From an uncultured delta proteobacterium (GTDB lineage: Bacteria > Desulfobacterota > Binatia > UBA9968), in NCBI GenBank assembly GCA_963727625.1, contig CAVSHR010000002.1:448001-512000 (forward strand): a stretch of DNA of 64,000 nt. Reading direction: 5' to 3'. Positions 58,364 through 64,000 of this stretch are shown piece by piece. Both the position numbers and the translations under genes were made by a program. Each line of letters begins with the position of its first letter. Position 1 is the first letter of the stretch. Below the pieces are notes generated by a model. The model made no database searches. It had not been told where the DNA came from and worked only from the letters and a program-made list of their open reading frames with translations.

Positions 58364-60082
58364 ATGGCAGCTCCAAGCAGCGTTGATAGTAAAAAAGAAG
58401 CGACCGGCCCGGTGATTTCCGGCGGACACTTGGTCGCCATGGCGCTCAAGAACGAAGGCGTCGAGGTGATCTGGACGCTCTGCGGCGGCCATATCATCGA
58501 TATCTATGACGGCTGCCTCGACGAAGGCATCAAGATCATCGACGTGCGCCACGAGCAGGTGGCGGCACACGCAGCCGACGGTTACTCGCGCCAGAGCGGC
58601 AAGATCGGCTGCGTCGTGACCACGGCGGGGCCGGGCACGACCAATGCGATGACCGGCATCGCCAACGCCTTTCGCGCCGAAAGCCCGCTGTTGATGATCG
58701 GCGGCCAGGGCGCGCTCTCGCAGCACAAGATGGGCTCGCTGCAAGACTTGCCGCACGTCGACATGATGACGCCGATCACCAAGTTCGCCGCCAGCGTGCC
58801 GCATACCGAGCGCATCGCCGACATGGTCTCGATGGCCTTTCGTGAGTCGGTCAACGGCGCGCCGGGGCCGAGCTATCTGGAAATTCCCCGCGACGTGCTC
58901 GACGCCAAGGTGCCGCTAGAGCGGGCGCGCATTCCCAAGCCGGGCGCCTATCGCGCCTCGACGAAATCGATCGGCGACCCCGCCGACATTGAAAAGCTCG
59001 CCGATATTCTGGTCAATTCCGAAAAGCCTTGCGCGCTGTTCGGCACCCAGGTATGGACCAGCCGCGGCCACGATGCGGCGGTGGAGTTCTGCCGCGCGCT
59101 CAACATCCCGGGCTACATGAACGGTTCCGGCCGCGGCATTTTCGCGCCGGGCGATCCGCATGGATTTAACCGCACTCGCCGGCTCGCCTTCGACAAGGCC
59201 GACGTGATTTTGATCGTCGGTTGCCCGTTCGATTTCCGCCTGGGTTATGGCCGGCGGCTGCGCGCCGACGCGACCGTCGTGCAGATCGATCTTGATTATC
59301 GCAATGTCGGCAAGAATCGCGACATCAAGCTCGGCTTGGTCGGCGATTGCGGCGCGATCCTGAAAGCCGTCGCGCAGGCGGCGACGGGGCGCGCCTCGAA
59401 GGGCAACGGCCAGCGCGCCGAGTGGATGAAAGAGCTGCGTGCCGCGGAAGCCAAAGCCTATGAAAAACTCTTGCCCTCGTTCAAATCGGAGTCCGTGCCG
59501 ATCAATCCCTATCGGGTCGCCTACGAGATCAACGATTTTCTCACCGACAACACGGTTTACATCGGCGATGGCGGGGACGTGGTGACAATCACCGCCACGG
59601 CGGTGGAGCCGCGCAAGGCCGGCAACTGGATGGATCCGGGGCCGCTGGGCACGCTCGGCGTCGGCACTTCGTTCGCGATGGCGACCAAGTTCGTCCATCC
59701 GAAGAAAGAGGTGCTGTGCTACTACGGCGACGGTTCCTTCGGCATGACGTCTTGGGACATGGAAACGGCGCAGCGCTTCAAGCTGCCGTACATGGCGGTG
59801 ATTGGCAACAACTCGGCGATGAACCAGATCCGCTGCGGCCAGATCGGCAAGTACGGTCCCGAGCGCGGCTCTGTCGGCAACAAACTCGGCGATGTCGATT
59901 TCGAAAAATTCGCCGAGTGTTTCGGCGGCTGGGGCATCGCGGTGCGCGAGCCGGGCCAGATCCGCCCGGCGTTGGAAAAGGCGCGCGAGCGCGTCGCCGG
60001 CGGACAGTGCGCCATCGTCAACATCTGGGTCGACATCAACGAATACGCGCCCGGCACCAAGGCGCAGACGATGTATAAGTAG
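58364..60082 (+). CDS. ThDP-dependent enzyme, oxalyl-CoA decarboxylase / 2-hydroxyacyl-CoA lyase-like
   Basis: TLCGGH, DVRHEQ.A.HAADG, TAGPG.TN, DPGPLGTLGVG, GDGSFG...NN; adjacent to frc. Confidence 0.85.
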   Translation: MAAPSSVDSKKEATGPVISGGHLVAMALKNEGVEVIWTLCGGHIIDIYDGCLDEGIKIIDVRHEQVAAHAADGYSRQSGKIGCVVTTAGPGTTNAMTGIANAFRAESPLLMIGGQGALSQHKMGSLQDLPHVDMMTPITKFAASVPHTERIADMVSMAFRESVNGAPGPSYLEIPRDVLDAKVPLERARIPKPGAYRASTKSIGDPADIEKLADILVNSEKPCALFGTQVWTSRGHDAAVEFCRALNIPGYMNGSGRGIFAPGDPHGFNRTRRLAFDKADVILIVGCPFDFRLGYGRRLRADATVVQIDLDYRNVGKNRDIKLGLVGDCGAILKAVAQAATGRASKGNGQRAEWMKELRAAEAKAYEKLLPSFKSESVPINPYRVAYEINDFLTDNTVYIGDGGDVVTITATAVEPRKAGNWMDPGPLGTLGVGTSFAMATKFVHPKKEVLCYYGDGSFGMTSWDMETAQRFKLPYMAVIGNNSAMNQIRCGQIGKYGPERGSVGNKLGDVDFEKFAECFGGWGIAVREPGQIRPALEKARERVAGGQCAIVNIWVDINEYAPGTKAQTMYK

Positions 60083-60120
60083 ACTTGGTTGCAACGGTGT
60101 CAAAACTAAACTTCGGATGA

Positions 60121-60197
60121 TCTCCCGCAAAGGCGCAAAGCTCGCGAAGGGAAAAAACCGCTTTCCGAGCTTAGCGCCTTGGCGTCTTTGCGGGAGA
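60121..60197. repeat. REP-like intergenic inverted repeat
   Basis: tctcccgcaaaggcgc...ggcgtctttgcgggaga. Confidence 0.65.
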
Positions 60198-60230
60198 AAC
60201 ATTCTAGTCTTCTAAGGAGACGGTGAATCG

Positions 60231-61472
60231 ATGGGAAAAGCGCTCGATGGAATTCGCATACTCGATATGACCCATGTGCAGTCGGGCCCGACCTGCACGC
60301 AGATTTTGGCCTGGTTCGGCGCCGACGTGCTCAAGGTCGAGCTGCCGGGGCGCGGCGATATCACCCGCGGCCAGCTGCGCGACAAACCCGGCGTCGATAG
60401 TCTCTATTTCACCATGCTTAACAGCAACAAGCGCAGCATCACGATCAACACCAAGAACGAAAAGGGCAAAGAGATATTTCGCAAGCTGATCAAAGCCTGC
60501 GACGTGCTGGTGGAAAACTTCGCCCCCGGCGCGCTCGATCGCCAGGGCTTTACCTGGGAAGTCATTCACGAGCTCAACCCGCGCATGATCTACGCCTCCG
60601 TCAAAGGTTTCGGTCCCGGCCCCTACGAAGAGTGCAAGGTTTATGAAAACATCGCTCAGTGCACCGGCGGCGCGGCGAGCACGACGGGATTCGACGACGG
60701 GCCGCCGCTGGTTACGGGCGCGCAGATCGGCGACTCCGGCACCGGTCTTCATCTCGTCGCGGGAATCTTGGCGGCGCTTTTCCAGCGCGAGAGATCGGGC
60801 CAGGGCCAGCGCGTCAGCTGCGCGATGCAGGACGCGGTGCTCAATCTCTGCCGCGTCAAGCTGCGCGATCAGCAGCGTCTCGTGGCGGGGCCGCTGATGG
60901 AATATCCGCAGTATCCCAACGGCGTCTTCGGCGACGCCGTGCCGCGCGCCGGCAACGCCTCGGGCGGTGGCCAGCCCGGTTGGGCGGTGCGCACCAGGGG
61001 CGGGGGGCCCAACGATTACATTTACGTTATCATCCAGCCGCCGGGCTGGGAGCCGCTGATGAAGCTTTGCGGCCGTCTGGAATTGATCACCGATCCCGAG
61101 TGGGCGACGCCGGAGAAGCGTTTGCCGAAGCTCGACAAGTGTTTCGAGGTCATTGAGCAATGGACGATGACCCTCGACAAACAAGAAGTCATGCGCAAGC
61201 TCAATCAATTCGACGTGCCCTGCGGACCGATCCTCGACATGGGCGAGATCGCCGCCGAACAAGCGCTGCGCGAAACCGGCACCGTCGTTGAAGTGGATCA
61301 TCCGAAGCGTGGCAAGTTTCTCACCGTGGGCAATCCGATCAAATTGTCCGATTCGCCGACCGAGGTGAAACCCTCGCCGTCCCTCGGCGAGCACACCGAT
61401 GAGATTTTGAAATCCATCGTCGGTTGGAGCGACGCGGAGATCGCCGCGGCGCGCAAAGAAGGCGCAGTCTGA
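60231..61472 (+). CDS. frc: Formyl-CoA:oxalate CoA-transferase
   Basis: [68 protein letters not shown]. Confidence 0.93.
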   Translation: MGKALDGIRILDMTHVQSGPTCTQILAWFGADVLKVELPGRGDITRGQLRDKPGVDSLYFTMLNSNKRSITINTKNEKGKEIFRKLIKACDVLVENFAPGALDRQGFTWEVIHELNPRMIYASVKGFGPGPYEECKVYENIAQCTGGAASTTGFDDGPPLVTGAQIGDSGTGLHLVAGILAALFQRERSGQGQRVSCAMQDAVLNLCRVKLRDQQRLVAGPLMEYPQYPNGVFGDAVPRAGNASGGGQPGWAVRTRGGGPNDYIYVIIQPPGWEPLMKLCGRLELITDPEWATPEKRLPKLDKCFEVIEQWTMTLDKQEVMRKLNQFDVPCGPILDMGEIAAEQALRETGTVVEVDHPKRGKFLTVGNPIKLSDSPTEVKPSPSLGEHTDEILKSIVGWSDAEIAAARKEGAV

Positions 61473-61570
61473 TTCGGCACCGGGAGACAACAACACTGGC
61501 AGCCTGCCATCAAACTTTAATCCGTCTCGGGGAAAAATCTGCCACGCGGGTCGGGCTTGGTGAAGTTATT

Positions 61571-61661
61571 GTTCGTGGTTCGACTGGGCTGCTCACCACG
61601 AACGGTGAGGTTTTATTAAAGGTTAAGCCTTTGTCCGTTCGCCCTGAGCGGCGTCGAAGGG
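61571..61661. repeat. Degenerate REP-like palindromes
   Basis: gttcgtgg...ccacgaac hairpin (61571-61603) and ccgttcgccctgagcggcgtcgaaggg (61635-61661). Confidence 0.5.
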
Positions 61662-61895
61662 CTCCCAGACCGTTTCCACACACCACTCTCGCTGGGAAAC
61701 ACAAACTGTTTATCGTGTGTACCGTCGCTTCGAGCCCCTCGGCGTTGATCGAGGTGGACTCCGCAAGAAATCTTTTTCGCTCCGCGCTCCTCGCGAGTCG
61801 ACTAAAACGACGGCCAGGACGGTCGAAAAATAGCCGACGATCATTGCTGTCTGTTTTCAATTCATCAGTAATATACTCAGGCTTCGGAGGTCTTG

Positions 61896-64000
61896 ATGAA
61901 CAAGAAATCTTTGCGTGCTTTGATCGACAGCGCTCGTAGGACCGGCCGCGTGGCACTGACCGCGCCGGAAGCGCAGCAGCTGTGCGACGCCTACGGCATT
62001 CCGACGCCCAAGCAAGCGTTGGCCAAAACCGCCGCCGAAGCGGTTAAAATCGCCGCGCGGTTGCGCTATCCCGTCGTTCTCAAGATCGTGTCGGAAGATA
62101 TTTTGCATAAGACTGAAGCCGGCGGCGTGATCGTCGGACTGAAAAATGGCGCCGAGGTGCGGCATGCCTTCAACCGGCTCGTCAAAAGCGCCAAGGCGTA
62201 TAAGAAATCCGCTCGAATCCAAGGCGTCCAAGTGCAGCAGATGCTCAAGGGCGGCCAAGAGGTCATGGTCGGAGCGGTGACCGATCCGAGCTTCGGTAAG
62301 ATGGTCGCCTTCGGATTAGGCGGTATTTTGGTCGAAGTGATGAAAGATATTACCTTTCGGATGGCGCCGGTGGGCAAGAAGGACGCGCTGTCCATGCTCG
62401 ATACCGTCGGCGCGGCGGAAGTGCTGCGCGGCGTGCGCGGCCAAAAAGGCGTTGACCGCGCCGCGCTGGCCGACATCATCTCTAAAGTGTCCAAGCTGGT
62501 AAACGACTTTCCGGAATTCCAGGAAGTCGATTTGAATCCGATCTTCGCCACCTATAAGGGCGCCAAAGCGGTCGACGTGCGCATGGTTCTCGGCGACAAG
62601 CCGCTACCGCGGCAGCGTTTCAGTCAGAGCGAGATTCTCGCTGCCATGCAGCGGATCATGAATCCGCGCTCGGTCGCCGTGATCGGTGCCTCGCCGGAGG
62701 ATGGCAAGATCGGCAACTCGGTGATGAAAAATCTCATCAACGGCGGCTATCAAGGCTCGATCTATCCAATCCATCCTAAGCAGGCCGAGATCCTGGGGCG
62801 CAAGGCCTATCCGAGCGTGCTCGACGTCGCCGGGGAAATCGACGTGGCGGTGTTCGCGATACCGGCAAAATTTTGCGCCGCGGCAATGGACGAAGTGGGA
62901 AGGAAAAAAGTCCCCGGAGCGGTCATGATTCCCTCCGGCTTCGCGGAAGTGGGCGAGCAAGCATTGCAGGATGAATTGCTCGCCGTCGCGCGCAAGTACA
63001 ACGTCCGCGTCATGGGACCGAACATCTATGGTTTCTATTACACGCCGCAGCATCTCTGCGCGACCTTTTGCACCCCTTACGACGTCAAAGGCAAGGTCGC
63101 GCTCAGCTCGCAATCCGGCGGCGTCGGCATGTCGATCATCGGTTTCTCGCGCACCACGCGCATGGGGGTGTCGGCGATCGTCGGCCTCGGCAACAAGTCC
63201 GACCTCGACGAAGACGATCTCCTGACCTACTTCGAGCAGGACGACAACACTCAAGTCATCGCCATGCATTGCGAAGATTTAAAAGACGGCCGCACTTTTG
63301 CCGAAGTCGCGAGCCGGGTTTCGAAAAAGAAACCCATCGTCATGCTCAAAGCCGGGCGAACAGCACTGGGCGCGCGCGCCGCTGCGTCGCACACCGGCGC
63401 GCTGGCCGGCAACGACAAGATCTATGACGACGTGCTGCGCCAGTGTGGCGTGATCCGGGCGAAGAGCTTGAACGACCTGTTGCAGTTCGCGCGCGGCCTG
63501 CAAGTGCTGCCGAATCCCAAGGGCGAGAACATTGTAATCATCACCGGCGCCGGCGGTTCGGGAGTATTGCTCTCGGATGCCTGCGTCGACAACGGCTTGA
63601 CGCTGATGAAAATGCCGCCGGATATGGATGCCGCGTTTCGCAAATTCATCCCTCCGTTCGGCGCGGCCGGCAATCCCGTCGACATCACCGGCGGCGAGCC
63701 GCCAACGACTTATGCCAACACGATTCGCTACGCGCTCGGCGAGTCGCGAATCCATGCTTTGATTCTCGGCTACTGGCACACGATCATCACGCCGCCGATG
63801 GTGTTTGCCAAACTGTGCGCCGAGGTCGTCGAGGAGGCGCGGGCCAAAGGTGTCGATAAACCCGTGGTCGCTTCGCTGGTCGGCGATGTCCAGGTGGAGG
63901 AGGCGAGCGAATATCTCTACGAACGGGGCATCGTCGCGTACCCGTACACAACCGAACTGCCTGTCGCCGTCCTCGGGGCTAAGTACAAATGGGCGCGCGG
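61896..64000 (+). CDS. ADP-forming acyl-CoA ligase (ATP-grasp domain first, then CoA-binding), partial at the window end
   Basis: Not in the ORF track because there is no stop in the window. MNKKSLR..., YPVVLKIVS.DILHKTEAGGV, DPSFG, DLNP, AVIGAS...GKIG, MGPNIYG, SSQSGG, GLGNK.D, ASHTGALAG, TGAGGSG, NPVD.TG. Confidence 0.9.
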   Translation, partial: MNKKSLRALIDSARRTGRVALTAPEAQQLCDAYGIPTPKQALAKTAAEAVKIAARLRYPVVLKIVSEDILHKTEAGGVIVGLKNGAEVRHAFNRLVKSAKAYKKSARIQGVQVQQMLKGGQEVMVGAVTDPSFGKMVAFGLGGILVEVMKDITFRMAPVGKKDALSMLDTVGAAEVLRGVRGQKGVDRAALADIISKVSKLVNDFPEFQEVDLNPIFATYKGAKAVDVRMVLGDKPLPRQRFSQSEILAAMQRIMNPRSVAVIGASPEDGKIGNSVMKNLINGGYQGSIYPIHPKQAEILGRKAYPSVLDVAGEIDVAVFAIPAKFCAAAMDEVGRKKVPGAVMIPSGFAEVGEQALQDELLAVARKYNVRVMGPNIYGFYYTPQHLCATFCTPYDVKGKVALSSQSGGVGMSIIGFSRTTRMGVSAIVGLGNKSDLDEDDLLTYFEQDDNTQVIAMHCEDLKDGRTFAEVASRVSKKKPIVMLKAGRTALGARAAASHTGALAGNDKIYDDVLRQCGVIRAKSLNDLLQFARGLQVLPNPKGENIVIITGAGGSGVLLSDACVDNGLTLMKMPPDMDAAFRKFIPPFGAAGNPVDITGGEPPTTYANTIRYALGESRIHALILGYWHTIITPPMVFAKLCAEVVEEARAKGVDKPVVASLVGDVQVEEASEYLYERGIVAYPYTTELPVAVLGAKYKWAR

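Noticed and set aside
56847-61496. Long ORFs 56847..58301 (+), 58916..60202 (-) and 60204..61496 (-)
   Set aside because: Antisense to clearly recognisable genes (CydA-like, ThDP enzyme, frc).

Overview
GC-rich bacterial chromosome segment; the gene repertoire is suggestive of a deltaproteobacterial-type lineage such as Ca. Binatia, which is inference only. The backbone is housekeeping and metabolic genes (sfsA, pncA, gdhA, efp, coaE, grxC, tRNA-Cys, rimI, carD, ispD, larE, cysK, degQ, mrcB, tsaD, rsmA, mutM, oxc-like/frc/acyl-CoA ligase) interrupted by three accessory regions. (1) 1-7.5 kb: a secreted SpvB/TcdB-like RHS toxin gene with three Cys-paired repeats and a 1-nt frameshift, a truncated divergent LysR, an exact 415-bp tandem duplication and attC-like integron-cassette remnants with a toxin-antitoxin pair. 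(2) 22521-30585: an 8-kb island in tRNA-Cys bounded by 40-bp direct repeats. Its IS5-disrupted integrase reads through the att site, so excision would swap the integrase C-terminus and attach a stop codon plus terminator. (3) About 51.4-55.6 kb: an orphan Flp-type pilin with a sigma54-type promoter, fused to about 300 aa of Gly/Ser repeats and a second membrane anchor. Other unusual architectures are a YfhL ferredoxin-membrane-HSP20-like fusion and a heme-c-bearing CydA-like pair. No CRISPR array or rRNA was seen. All family assignments are by motif recognition, without database searches.
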